From positions 1-64,000 of IMG/VR virus record IMGVR_UViG_3300044856_000216: 64,000 bases of DNA. The stretch is one strand, 5' to 3'. Source of the DNA: a virus. A program made the position numbers and the translations under genes. Below are positions 8,219-18,900 of this stretch, one piece after another; the first letter of the stretch is position 1, and each line of letters starts with the position of its first letter. The notes under the pieces are model-generated. The model saw only the letters and a list, made by a program, of their open reading frames with translations. It was not told the origin of the DNA and made no database searches.

Positions 8219-10186
8219 TTAGTTGTTAAGCATTGATAAAAATTGATCCTCTGAAATGATTGGGATATTTAAAGATTTTGCTTTCTTATTCTTAGAACTT
8301 GTCGAATTTATATCATTATTGATAAGATAATTTACTTTAGAAGATACACTTCCTACGACTTTACCACCATGAGCTTCAATATCAGCTTTGAGAGCATCAC
8401 GATTCTGATAATGATTTACTGAGCCAGTTATAACAAAAGTCTTATTCTCTAATTCATTTGTGGTTTCTGACATAATGGATTTCTGTGTCTCAAACGTAAA
8501 CTCGTTTGCTAACTGAAGTATATCTGAACAATGATTTTTCCAATAAGTATTGAGTGAGCTTATTAACGCATCTCCAACACCAGGCAAATACCTAAAATAC
8601 TCAGCACCCTTAATTGCCATTTCATCAATAAATGTGTCGAAGTCATAATCAACAGAATCTGCAATCATCATACTTGCTGATTTGCCAAGTAACGGAATCG
8701 AAAGACTATAAAGAAAACGCTCAAGACTTGTTTTACGAGATTTCTCAATAGAGGCAAGAAGCTTATCTACTGATTTCTTACCAAAACCGTCTAAAGCTTT
8801 TATCTCATTTTCATGATCTGATAGATGATAAATATCCTTAATGGAATTTAACCAACCAAGATTGATGAATTTCTCTATTGTTGCTTCAGATAACCCATCA
8901 ATATTGAGCGCATCTCTCGACACCGCATGACTGAGCTTACCAAGCAGCTTGCCATTGCAATTATCATTAGTACATACAAGTACTTCTGAGTTATTATCTT
9001 TTACTATCTTAGTAGGCTGACCACATATAGGGCACATATGAGGTATATCAATATAAATTTTTGTATACTCGTCATCTTGCTCTGCCCATCTTATCTGAGG
9101 TATTATGAGATTTGCCTTAAACACACCAATATGCTGACCAACCCACGGTTTACCCATAATTTCTTTCATAATAGATATATTATGAAGTGAAGCTCTTTCA
9201 ACAATTGTACCCTCAATCTCTACTGGCTTGAATACTGCTGTTGGAGTTAATATGCCTGTTTTGCCCATTGTATATTCTATATCAATAAGTTCTGTTTCTA
9301 CTGATTTATTATATACTTTATAAGCTATACCGTTATTAAAGTAATCTGTTGTTCTACCAAGTGATTTACCATACTCAACATCTTCAAACTTGAATACAAC
9401 ACCATCTTGAGGGAGATTTTCTTTTTCTGCAATATTAATAAAATTATCAATATGTGTCTGTAACTGATTAAATTCATTTATTGTAATATTGTAGCACGGA
9501 ACTACATCGAATCCTAAATTCTGAGCATTTAATAATCTTTTGTAGAATGAATTATCACTATCTCCTTTAACAACTTCCCACGCATACCAATACAATTTCC
9601 TATCTTTTACAACAGATGTATCAAGACCGCCAAGTGTACCTGACGCAAGATTACGTGGAGTTTTATACTCATCATTCTTATTTAACTCCTCAAAATCGTC
9701 TGTTTTAATGAGTGCCTCACCATCAATAATATAAGTTCCTTCCTTATTAATATGTAAAGGAACATTAAGGAACTGCTTTACATGATCTGTTATAATATTT
9801 CCTATAGTACCATTGCCTCGTGATTCAGCCCTTATAAGCTCACCATCTTTAAAAATCAAACGACAGGTCAAACCATCAAGCTTTACAGAACCAACTAATG
9901 TATGTCCTTTTGCAAACTGCTCGACCTCTTCTGCACTATGACATTTTGCAAGCGATAACATAGGTGACTCATGAGTAACTTTCTTAATATTATCCAAGAC
10001 AATAGCACCAACATTATGTGTTGGACTATTTGCTAATACAATACCAGTTTCTTCTTCCCACTGTCTTAATTCTTCAAGCTTATTATCAAACTCAGCATCA
10101 CTCATAATAGGCTGCCCAGTATTATAATAAGCTTCTGATGCTTTATTGAGTTCGTTGACTCTATTAATTATCTGATTTTTAGTCAT
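8219..10186 (-). CDS. ligA: NAD-dependent DNA ligase
   Basis: Adenylation motif KLDGLT, Zn finger CPICGQ...C..C, HhH region and a C-terminal BRCT-like FVITGSV...GGKV. Confidence 0.9.
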   Translation of the reverse strand: MTKNQIINRVNELNKASEAYYNTGQPIMSDAEFDNKLEELRQWEEETGIVLANSPTHNVGAIVLDNIKKVTHESPMLSLAKCHSAEEVEQFAKGHTLVGSVKLDGLTCRLIFKDGELIRAESRGNGTIGNIITDHVKQFLNVPLHINKEGTYIIDGEALIKTDDFEELNKNDEYKTPRNLASGTLGGLDTSVVKDRKLYWYAWEVVKGDSDNSFYKRLLNAQNLGFDVVPCYNITINEFNQLQTHIDNFINIAEKENLPQDGVVFKFEDVEYGKSLGRTTDYFNNGIAYKVYNKSVETELIDIEYTMGKTGILTPTAVFKPVEIEGTIVERASLHNISIMKEIMGKPWVGQHIGVFKANLIIPQIRWAEQDDEYTKIYIDIPHMCPICGQPTKIVKDNNSEVLVCTNDNCNGKLLGKLSHAVSRDALNIDGLSEATIEKFINLGWLNSIKDIYHLSDHENEIKALDGFGKKSVDKLLASIEKSRKTSLERFLYSLSIPLLGKSASMMIADSVDYDFDTFIDEMAIKGAEYFRYLPGVGDALISSLNTYWKNHCSDILQLANEFTFETQKSIMSETTNELENKTFVITGSVNHYQNRDALKADIEAHGGKVVGSVSSKVNYLINNDINSTSSKNKKAKSLNIPIISEDQFLSMLNN

Positions 10187-10439
10187 TATTAGATTCCTTT
10201 CTATTTAATACATCCCAACCTTGATACCACATTGAATTGGAATTAGCATATTGTTTGAATAATTCTATTAATTCATCCGATTCGGGGAAGAACGGATCTC
10301 TATGTAATGTACTATTGATATACCCAAGAGCATTTAACAAGAATTGTCCTGGTCGCATATCTGGAAATGACCTCTTGTGTATCTCACATAACTGCGTGTA
10401 AACCGAATCTAATTTTTCTGGATCTCTTATTTTAATCAC
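10179..10439 (-). CDS. Hypothetical protein
   Basis: Co-oriented ORF in tight minus-strand tiling. No family recognised. Confidence 0.45.
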   Translation of the reverse strand: MIKIRDPEKLDSVYTQLCEIHKRSFPDMRPGQFLLNALGYINSTLHRDPFFPESDELIELFKQYANSNSMWYQGWDVLNRKESNND

Positions 10440-10650
10440 CTTCTTTTTCTTTTAATAAATGTGGACACCAATTAGGAATATTGGGCATATCACTTTCCCA
10501 CTCTATGTATCCCGCTATCTTTTTACCATTACTTCCACAATAATAATCACTTGCATGTTCCCATGAATCTGATGTAATCAAAGGTTGTGTTCTATGCAAT
10601 GGACAACGACTACAATTATCTATGTCATATATAAGTTGAATTTTCGCCAT
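10432..10650 (-). CDS. Hypothetical Cys-containing protein
   Basis: ATG 10650 (MAKIQLIYD) has GGGAGA 8 nt upstream. The track TTG start lies inside that SD. Confidence 0.45.
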   Translation of the reverse strand: MAKIQLIYDIDNCSRCPLHRTQPLITSDSWEHASDYYCGSNGKKIAGYIEWESDMPNIPNWCPHLLKEKEGD

Positions 10651-10676
10651 AATATTGTCTCCCAAGAAATGAACAT

Positions 10677-11483
10677 TTATTTAGTTTCTAATTCATTTTC
10701 ATCAATAAAAATTAACTCTTGTGCATAAGGTAATGTTCTAGCCCATGAAATAAGATTAGGTACATTGGAATTATCTTGACCACTCCATTCATTTAACTTA
10801 TGAAATCTACGTTGTCCCTTGCTACACATAGCAAGTAAATTCTCATAAGTCATTGTAACTGTACGCTTCTGTAACCATGATTCAGGTAGCCAACGTATAA
10901 GCTCTTTCCAATATCTTTTATCTTTTGTTTCAAGATACTTCTGACGCAAGTTCTCAAGGAAGTTAATGAACTTATAGACTTCAAAATCCACTGTACTATA
11001 ATCTACTTCAATATTTGAATCATATGTTTCTAAGCACTTTAAATCTTTCTCATAGTCATCAATTTCAAAGCAGTCTAATGTAATAGGTTGACTCGTAATC
11101 TTGTGCATTGTGCTTGTAGAGTTCGCAACCGTTCCTACTTTATAAGTATCAAATTCCTTCCACCAATAAAGAGGGGCTGTGATATCCACTGATACAAAAA
11201 TCTGTCGCATAAACTTTCTATGCTCATTTCCTGATTTAATAAGAGTTTGAGCAAGTTTCAAATCCGCTTCACCAATAATATCTGCATAATATCCATTAAT
11301 GTTACAATGATGTATATATGCATTAGGATATACTTTTAATAATTCATCAAAATCAACATCTGCTCGTTCTTCGTCATAATAATCATTAAATTTACTATCA
11401 CTTCTATTCCAAGAATTTTTTGGATTTCTTAAACCCCTAAATGCGTGTTCAAATCCCCATACCTCTGTATTATCAAATTTCAA
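10677..11483 (-). CDS. ThyX-like (Thy1 fold) protein lacking the canonical RHR...S..RY signature
   Basis: NEHRKFMRQIFVSVDITAPLYWWKEFDTYKVGTVANSTSTMH aligns by eye to the ThyX block HETPFEH..FTF.V.AP.FV.RQ..RHR..S.NE.S.RY, but the catalytic RHR and RY residues are replaced. TTG start with AAGGAGGA SD. Confidence 0.4.
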   Translation of the reverse strand: MKFDNTEVWGFEHAFRGLRNPKNSWNRSDSKFNDYYDEERADVDFDELLKVYPNAYIHHCNINGYYADIIGEADLKLAQTLIKSGNEHRKFMRQIFVSVDITAPLYWWKEFDTYKVGTVANSTSTMHKITSQPITLDCFEIDDYEKDLKCLETYDSNIEVDYSTVDFEVYKFINFLENLRQKYLETKDKRYWKELIRWLPESWLQKRTVTMTYENLLAMCSKGQRRFHKLNEWSGQDNSNVPNLISWARTLPYAQELIFIDENELETK

Positions 11484-11486
11484 ATT

Positions 11487-11813
11487 TTAATCCTCCTTAA
11501 ACGACCAACAATAATCTACAAATCTGTTCCAATTAAGTTTTACTTGACTGTAAATATCTATTTTTATTGGCTTAGATTGTCCAACCCATGAAGCCATATA
11601 AATAATTGTTTCATACTCACATTTGCTCCAGAATGAATAAAGTAACTTTCTGTCCAGCTCTTCCTCAAATTGTTCTTTAGTCAAATCCGACTTAAGCAAT
11701 TTGAGAACATCTTGATTAAATGTGTAGTGCTTAAATATATTTAATGGCACAATCTTATTCTGATTGAAGTCATCATAATAAACATACCATTCCATGTTAT
11801 CTGTTCTTGCCAT
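11487..11813 (-). CDS. Hypothetical protein
   Basis: Co-oriented ORF in tight minus-strand tiling. No family recognised. Confidence 0.5.
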   Translation of the reverse strand: MARTDNMEWYVYYDDFNQNKIVPLNIFKHYTFNQDVLKLLKSDLTKEQFEEELDRKLLYSFWSKCEYETIIYMASWVGQSKPIKIDIYSQVKLNWNRFVDYCWSFKED

Positions 11814-11844
11814 ACATTCACCTCCCCATATCCAATTCAGATAG

Positions 11845-12054
11845 TTATTTTTTATTTATATCCGATATGGATAGTTCTTTACGTCTTGCTATAATTTCAC
11901 GAATCCTGACCTGATTATTAAGTTCCCAAAGATCTAATGAACTTAATTCGCCCGATATGAGTACTTTATGTAATGTCGGATTATACAAAATTTCTGTAGC
12001 TTTATTATCTGGAAAAAATCTAATACAACCATCTGAACGCTCTTCGCATTTCAT
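11845..12054 (-). CDS. Hypothetical protein
   Basis: ATG 12054 preceded by AGGAGAATAAG. No family recognised. Confidence 0.45.
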   Translation of the reverse strand: MKCEERSDGCIRFFPDNKATEILYNPTLHKVLISGELSSLDLWELNNQVRIREIIARRKELSISDINKK

Positions 12055-12089
12055 ATACTTATTCTCCTATTCTCCACATAAATAATGGC

Positions 12090-12275
12090 TTATTCTTCTT
12101 TGCTATCATCACCTTTATCGCTCGTACTGATATCAACACTAGCTTCAATATAAGCAGGAAACAATAACGCCCAAAGACACCAAATAGATCCTGTATATTT
12201 AATTGCAAAAATTACAGCTATTGCGGTTGCAATCCATGCAGACGCATAAGCAATTGTCATCGCGATATTTTTCAT
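12090..12275 (-). CDS. Small two-TM membrane protein
   Basis: Hydrophobic MKNIAMTIAYASAWIATAIAVIFAIKYTGSIWCLWALLFPAYI with an acidic tail. AGGAGAATATAC lies upstream. Confidence 0.45.
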   Translation of the reverse strand: MKNIAMTIAYASAWIATAIAVIFAIKYTGSIWCLWALLFPAYIEASVDISTSDKGDDSKEE

Positions 12276-12326
12276 TAGTATATTCTCCTTTCATCTTCCA
12301 AAAAATTTGTCGTTCTATTGTTTAAT

Positions 12327-12475
12327 AATATGTGGGTAGGGATTTTTCACCCTACATAAGCCGTGCACTGCTCACATTGGAGGGAGTTGAACCCATAGGT
12401 GTCCTACCGAGTGTTTTTAATCATCCACCTGTCTACTGCCCATTTGCGTGTCTATATATTCCACCACCACATATT
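12327..12475 (-). ncRNA. Candidate structured non-coding RNA (class unknown)
   Basis: Lies in a 234-nt GC-enriched non-coding gap. A 9-bp closing helix pairs AAUAUGUGG with CCACAUAUU. There is an internal hairpin GUAGGG-8nt-CCCUAC and a GGGUUCAACUCCC T-loop-like segment. Confidence 0.3.
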
Positions 12476-12509
12476 GTGTCCAAAAGAAAAATGGATTCCT
12501 GTTACTATA

Positions 12510-13013
12510 TTATTCTCCTTTTAAAATCTCTTTTGGGCAGTAAATAATCTTCTTACCTGCTTTCTGTGCTTTACGAATTGTTGACCACACACCACCTGAT
12601 TTAATTCCATCCCAAATTGCAAGAAGTACATCACAATGATCAACCATATATTGATCTCTTACATTGTCACAACCTTTATAGAATTCATCTGATAATTCAA
12701 TCCATTCACTTGCTTTCAATTTTAAAAATTTATAATATTTGTGTGATGAGTTATAGCTTTTACAAGGAAGAATACAATGTAATTTAATACTATTTATATA
12801 ATGCATTGATACTCCTGTAATAGCAAATGCAATATCGCTTCCTGAAGCCATTCCTGTATATAAATCAAGTGGCTCATTATTATCTCTACAAGTCTTTATA
12901 AAATTACTCAATTCGTCTATAATCCAATGCTGAATTGGAATCCATTTTTCATCTGCTTCATCATCTGGTAATCCTAATCTCTGAGGTCTATGACCTGTTA
13001 ATGCTATTCTCAT
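12510..13013 (-). CDS. SLOG-superfamily YpsA/DUF1273-like protein (paralog 1)
   Basis: MRIALTGHRPQRLG N-terminus and GMASGSDIAF match the YpsA-like pattern. It is a paralog of 54837..55343. Confidence 0.5.
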   Translation of the reverse strand: MRIALTGHRPQRLGLPDDEADEKWIPIQHWIIDELSNFIKTCRDNNEPLDLYTGMASGSDIAFAITGVSMHYINSIKLHCILPCKSYNSSHKYYKFLKLKASEWIELSDEFYKGCDNVRDQYMVDHCDVLLAIWDGIKSGGVWSTIRKAQKAGKKIIYCPKEILKGE

Positions 13014-13053
13014 TTATTACCTCCAATCTTCAAAAGAAAGTCGTTTTATTATT

Positions 13054-13269
13054 TTAATAATTTGATTTATTAATAAAACCCTTTTTCTGAGCACATGATA
13101 AACAATAGTTATATCTTCCATATATAGTGCATCCACATTTTCTACATTTGTGAGGTCTTTCTATTGCTTTCCCAAATGGTTGCCCAAGTTCAAAATAACA
13201 TCTCTTACAATATGTATAATGGTCTTGGCAATACTCACCACATCTCTGACAATATGCCATTGTTGTCAC
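13054..13269 (-). CDS. Zinc-ribbon protein
   Basis: Multiple CxxC pairs: CQRCGEYC, CKRC, CRKCGC, CLSC. Confidence 0.45.
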   Translation of the reverse strand: MTTMAYCQRCGEYCQDHYTYCKRCYFELGQPFGKAIERPHKCRKCGCTIYGRYNYCLSCAQKKGFINKSNY

Positions 13270-13289
13270 CTCCTTAACAAATCCATCAA

Positions 13290-13595
13290 TTACTCTACAA
13301 TTTCATATTTCAATTTTGATATGTCGTATCCCATTTTTTCTAATTCATCAATCCACTTCTGTTTTATTGGGCATGTAGCAGTAAAGTTTTTAAACTGTGT
13401 TATACAATGATAAACACAATCTCCAATTTGTTGTTTACCGTATCGAAATTCTTTTAACCCCTTTTCATACTCTGAATTTGTAACATATTCCGTTCTAAAT
13501 GGAGACTGTGGTTTATCCTCTTTTCCAAGAGCAACACCAACCGCAATATCTTCACCATTTACATTTATGTATGCATTACTAATTTTATATTTCAT
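13290..13595 (-). CDS. Hypothetical protein
   Basis: Co-oriented ORF. AAGGAGGTAAAATAAAC lies before ATG 13595. Confidence 0.5.
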   Translation of the reverse strand: MKYKISNAYINVNGEDIAVGVALGKEDKPQSPFRTEYVTNSEYEKGLKEFRYGKQQIGDCVYHCITQFKNFTATCPIKQKWIDELEKMGYDISKLKYEIVE

Positions 13596-13684
13596 AGTTT
13601 ATTTTACCTCCTTATGAAATCCGTCTTTCCTTGGCTTTTTGAGTCTCTGAAACGCCCTATTTATGGGCATCCCAGAAATCCAAA

Positions 13685-15967
13685 TTACTCTTCTACTGTA
13701 TTATTCTCTGTTTCCAACATCATCCAAGTATTTCTATTGTTATGACTTGTCCTAATACACTGTAAAAATGCTTCTGGTTCAGCTAATAACAAACATCTCT
13801 TCTTTGCTCTGGTCAACAATGTGTAAAGCATACAGTTATCAAGAAGCTGATGATGTGTATTATCAATAATACCAATTACTGTCTTTCGACCAGCACCCTG
13901 TAATTTATGTACTGTCATAGCATAAGCAAGATCCAAGGCAGCTAACTCTTTCTTTGTATATTCAATGATTTTGTCTTTTCCAAAAATATCAGTATAAGTT
14001 ACTTCACAATACTCTTCTTTTCTTTTACCATCATATCTTTCACTGATTTTTGTCACATAACCAATCTCGCCATTAAATACATTTTTGTCATAATCATTAA
14101 CTGTTTGCATGACTTTTGCACCAAGTTTGAAAGTTGTATCAAAACCTTCAATACTCTCTAAAACATCACCAAGTAATTCATTTTGAATAACCTTGTTAAT
14201 TTCATTGGTACTATTCAAACAATCTTTTCTACGAGGTACTGCAATAACTACATTGTCAATTCCATCTGATTCAACAGATTTAATAAATGTCTTAATAGCA
14301 ATATTAAATAATGACTGTCGATTTGTACGGAACATATAATACATATCCTGCAATTCACCGTGAATAATTCGTGGCTGTAACTTCTCAGATATAGGATTTA
14401 TATTCTCACGAATCTTATTTGCATCAACAAGAATACCTGATTTTTCAGCCTGTCTCATAGGTTTTACTAACTTACTCACAACTGATTCATCAAACATTTC
14501 AATTAAATCTGAGAACACGTTACCAAATCCGATAGGTGGTAACTGCTTATGATCTCCTGAAATAATAATTCTTGTATTATCTCCAATTGCCTCGAGCCAA
14601 TGTAAAAATAAACTGGCATTAACCATACTTCCCTCATCAAGAAATGCAACATCTGTAATCAAATGATTGTCTTTATTGTATGTAAAATCATTTAAACCTT
14701 GGCATCCAAGTGTTCTATGAATAGTCATTGCAGGGAATTCTGTTGCTTCTGTAATTCTTTGAGCTGCCATTGCTGAAAGAGCTGAAGCTGTCATCATATA
14801 ATTATTCTCCATATAAGCCTTAACAATTGCTCGCATTATTGATGTTTTACCAGTTCCTGCTTTTCCAGTTATCAAACTAACAGTCCTATGTAAGCTCTTA
14901 TGAATCGTGTCTAACTGTTCTACTACATAATCAAATCCTTGTTCTTCTTCGGCATGTTTAATTGCTTTATCAATCGCTTCATCAGGAATATTGATTGTTG
15001 TTTCAATTTGAGATTTATTCAGAATCAAATGATAAATCTGCATCTCAATATCGTAATAATATTTCAGACCAATTCGACCATTATCAATATGAAGAAAGTC
15101 ATTATTTTCTAATAGCCAATCAACCTTATTGCAACACTCGTATATATTATTACTTATGGCTGCCCTTAAAATCTTTTCAGAACACCATGTATGACCTTTA
15201 CTTTCTCCTAGGTCTTTAAAATAGTATTGGATAAAAGCCACAAGTCTTTGTGTAGAATCAATCAGTTCAGGTTTTAACTTCAGTGCTAAATCATCGACAC
15301 GTCTGAATCCCAAACCGTCCACACGAGTTAAAACCCAGGGATTTTTTTCAATTTCTTGCTTTAATAAAACTGGATTTGGTTCATCGGATAGAAGTTTTTT
15401 AATCATCGCATAAGTAACACCAAGTGGTTTTAACATCATAATAATGTCAGAAATGAGATAGTTATTGATGATTTTTTCCTTGATTTTATTCCAAGTAATT
15501 TCTCTAACACCTTTTACAAGACTGTAATCAATAGTTTTTAATGTACCATTCGCTACATCATTGACTACATTTGGATATGCATTTATTAAATTATCCGCCA
15601 TCCATTCAGGAATCATTGACTTCAAAAATAATAGCTGTGTTTCTCTGCTTTGTGGAATAATGGCGTATATGGCAATCGGTGTATATTGATCGCCATATTT
15701 TTTATCCTTTTTATATTTCGCCTTAACCACATATTCTCCACCAACAACTAAATGTTGCATCTTTCCTGCCAACTTACTCATTTTTTTATCATCAGTATCA
15801 TTTGCAGAATTATTATCACCAAACGGATCGAATGTTTTTGTAGGTTTTGTAAAGAATGGAATATCATCTTTTGTTGAAAATCCAAACACACCCCACGTTG
15901 AATCATCCGAATAGTATTGCTCATATGTAATTATCGCTGTGAATTTATAAATCTCATCTTCATCCAA
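13685..15967 (-). CDS. RecD-like SF1 DNA helicase
   Basis: Walker A GKAGTGKTS, Walker B AFLDEGSM, SGDHKQLPPIG, and C-terminal AMTVHKLQGAG / YTLLTRAK motifs. Confidence 0.8.
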   Translation of the reverse strand: MDEDEIYKFTAIITYEQYYSDDSTWGVFGFSTKDDIPFFTKPTKTFDPFGDNNSANDTDDKKMSKLAGKMQHLVVGGEYVVKAKYKKDKKYGDQYTPIAIYAIIPQSRETQLLFLKSMIPEWMADNLINAYPNVVNDVANGTLKTIDYSLVKGVREITWNKIKEKIINNYLISDIIMMLKPLGVTYAMIKKLLSDEPNPVLLKQEIEKNPWVLTRVDGLGFRRVDDLALKLKPELIDSTQRLVAFIQYYFKDLGESKGHTWCSEKILRAAISNNIYECCNKVDWLLENNDFLHIDNGRIGLKYYYDIEMQIYHLILNKSQIETTINIPDEAIDKAIKHAEEEQGFDYVVEQLDTIHKSLHRTVSLITGKAGTGKTSIMRAIVKAYMENNYMMTASALSAMAAQRITEATEFPAMTIHRTLGCQGLNDFTYNKDNHLITDVAFLDEGSMVNASLFLHWLEAIGDNTRIIISGDHKQLPPIGFGNVFSDLIEMFDESVVSKLVKPMRQAEKSGILVDANKIRENINPISEKLQPRIIHGELQDMYYMFRTNRQSLFNIAIKTFIKSVESDGIDNVVIAVPRRKDCLNSTNEINKVIQNELLGDVLESIEGFDTTFKLGAKVMQTVNDYDKNVFNGEIGYVTKISERYDGKRKEEYCEVTYTDIFGKDKIIEYTKKELAALDLAYAMTVHKLQGAGRKTVIGIIDNTHHQLLDNCMLYTLLTRAKKRCLLLAEPEAFLQCIRTSHNNRNTWMMLETENNTVEE

Positions 15968-15968
15968 T

Positions 15969-18900
15969 TTAGACTGATACTCCTTTCTTTCTCACATATT
16001 CAAGCCATTTACTATATGGCTTTAATTTTTCTACAATTACCTTTTCTTCGCTATCTTTCTTACAAAGAATTGCTACTTGCTGTCCTTTTTTTACTAAATC
16101 TTCATATTCTTTTAATTGACTATGCCATACAATTCCTTCAACAAGTCCAAAACTTGAATAGATGTTTATATATGCGAACTGCTTACCATTCTTATCTTTC
16201 TTCTTTTGAACCTTTGCTATAATTCCAACTAAAGTACATTTCTCACCATCAGGTACATCCTCAAATGGTGTCAAGAATGTATAAGCTGCATCAAATGGAT
16301 TATCATTGATAAATACCTGTAATGTTTGGAATTCCCAAAACTGTTCATCTTCAAGATATTTTTTGTTATCGTCTATGTACTTTTGGAATCTTATCTTCTG
16401 ATTTTCCTCAAACTGTATCTTTTTCAATCTGTTATATTCAGCAAGTAGTGCTTCCTTGTCATATACAATTCGTTTTCCAGATGAAGGAATCGCGTACTTC
16501 TTTAAGTTAATGTTCCAATCTTCTTCGAGTTTCTTATAGGTAGGCAATGATTGAACTTCTGAGAATTTTAATGGTTGATACTCTGATTTAAGATATGATA
16601 TAAGTTTTTCACGCTTATTTTTACAAGGAATTGCACCAGATTTTATCAATGCAATAACAGATGCCTTACCTAAAGAAAGTCTCTGAATCAAATCATCAAA
16701 CGATTTGTATATACCATTATTCTCTCTTTCTTCGATAATTTGCTTAGAGAGTGATTCACCAATTCCACCAATAGCAGACAAACCAAAAAGAACCTTATCT
16801 TTATCGACTGTGAAATTCATTCCAGAATGATTGATATTCGGTGGCATAATATCCACATTAAAATACCTTGCATCAAGAATATACTTATTAATTGCACCTG
16901 CTTTATCTTTATTCTGATTAAACAATGCTTTAAAAAAGTAAGTTGGGTAATGAGCTTTAAACCAAGCTGTCTCGAAACAAAGAACTGCGTAACTAAATGA
17001 ATGACTTTTATTGAAGAGGTATCCACCCTTAGAAGCTAATTCATCTGCAATTTTATCAGCAATTTCTTTAGAATATCCGTTTGCTACAATTTCACCACGA
17101 AGAATTTCTGACTCTTTCTGTACTAATTCAACTATCTTTTTTCCAATCGCCTTACGGAATAAGTCAGCACCACCGTATGTTCTTCCACCAAACTTTTTAA
17201 CAATATCAAGAAGCTGTTCCTGATAAATCATACAGTAATTTGTGTCTTTTAAAATTTCATCCATATCTGGATGAATTGATGGTGGTCTACTTCCACCTGT
17301 TGCCATTTCAACATACTCGTCAAGTGCTCCCATACTATCAGGTCTATATAATGCCAAAATGACAGATATAACCTCAAAGTCTAATTGTTCAAGCTTTGGT
17401 TTTAATCGAATAAGCAAATCTTTCATTCCTGCTGATTCAACCTGGAACACACCATTAGTCTTACCACTTGCTAATAATTCATATGTAGCTTTGTCATTCT
17501 CAAATTCTGGATTATTGATATCATAATCCCAAGGATCTAAGTGTAAATCATCCTTAATTTCCTTCACAAGATTAAGTGTTGCTACTCCAAGAAGGTCAAA
17601 CTTTACAATTCCAATGTCTTCTACATAATGTTTATCAACTTGAATTACATGCTCGCCCTTAGTTCCTATTTTCATTGGCATATAGTCATTAATTGTTGTA
17701 TCAACGATTCCAACACCACCAGCATGAATAGAAACTGTTTTAACACGACCACTTAAATGTTTTGCAATATCAAACAAATCAGCATATTGTGGATTGTCTG
17801 CGAGTAAATTTGGATTTGCTTTCATACAGTCATCCCATTTATCGAATGTAAATTTCTGTGAAAGTTTTTGCATCTGATTATATGGAAATCCAAGTATCTT
17901 ACCAACGTCAGTAATTGCAACTGTTGGAGTGATATACGAGTAGTTAATAATCTGGCATACTCTTTCTTCTCCATATTTGTCTACAAGGTAATCAATGATT
18001 GCATCTCTGTTACCAACATCTGTATCAATATCTGGGAGTCCTACTCGTTCAGGATTTAAGAATCTCTCAAAAATGAGTCCATATTTAATCGGATCAATAT
18101 CTGTGATATGACAACAATAGCAAACTAAAGAACCTGCTGCACTTCCTCTTCCCTTACCAACTTCAATTCCAAGTTTCTCAGCAGCCTTGATAAAATCCCA
18201 GACAAACAAGAAATAACCATCGAACCCCATTGAATGAATAATACCCATCTCGTAGTTCAACCTAGTTCTTCTTACTTGCTGTTCATCTTCGCTAAGATTG
18301 TCGTATCCTCTATCTTTCCAACCTTGTCTAACTAAATGCCATAAGAATTCATTGTTATCTCTATATCCATCAGGTAATGGAAATGTAGGTAACTGTGGTT
18401 TCTGAAATGGCATATCTACATTTTCAATTAAATCTGCTACTTTATTAGTATTCTCCAATCCAAGACATACATTTTCATATCCAATCTGACTATCCATAAT
18501 TTCATGGATTTCATCTTCAGATTGCATATAGCAACCTTCATATACCTCACTATTTTCGATAGCATTTTTGTCATTGTTGCTACTTTTTCTACCAATCTGA
18601 ATAAGCTTGTCCTGATAATATAAATCTTCCTTTTTAGGTGCATGACTATCTGTTGTAATGATAAATGGGGTATTTGTTCTTTTTGAAAGTTCTAAGATTT
18701 TCTGATTATATGAACACTGATCCTGATGAGAATGCGACTGCATCTCAAGGAAGAAATAAGGAAAAGCTTCTTTATATTCATTAACATATTCAATACACTT
18801 CTCAAAATCTGACTCTCTCGCTAACTTGCTTGCTAAACAAGCAGAAGAAATAACAAAATTATCAGCATAGGGTTTAATATCTTCTACTGTGCATCGTGGT

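Noticed and set aside
12276-12509. c-di-GMP riboswitch (AAAUGGGCAGUAGAC and AGUGCAC resemble strings I remember from c-di-GMP-II/GEMM RNAs), or a tRNA/tmRNA
   Set aside because: The remembered helices cannot be reproduced: the two GCAGU segments are same-sense, not complementary. The T-arm-like element has only a 3-bp stem, and no acceptor stem is present. It is kept only as an unclassified candidate RNA.
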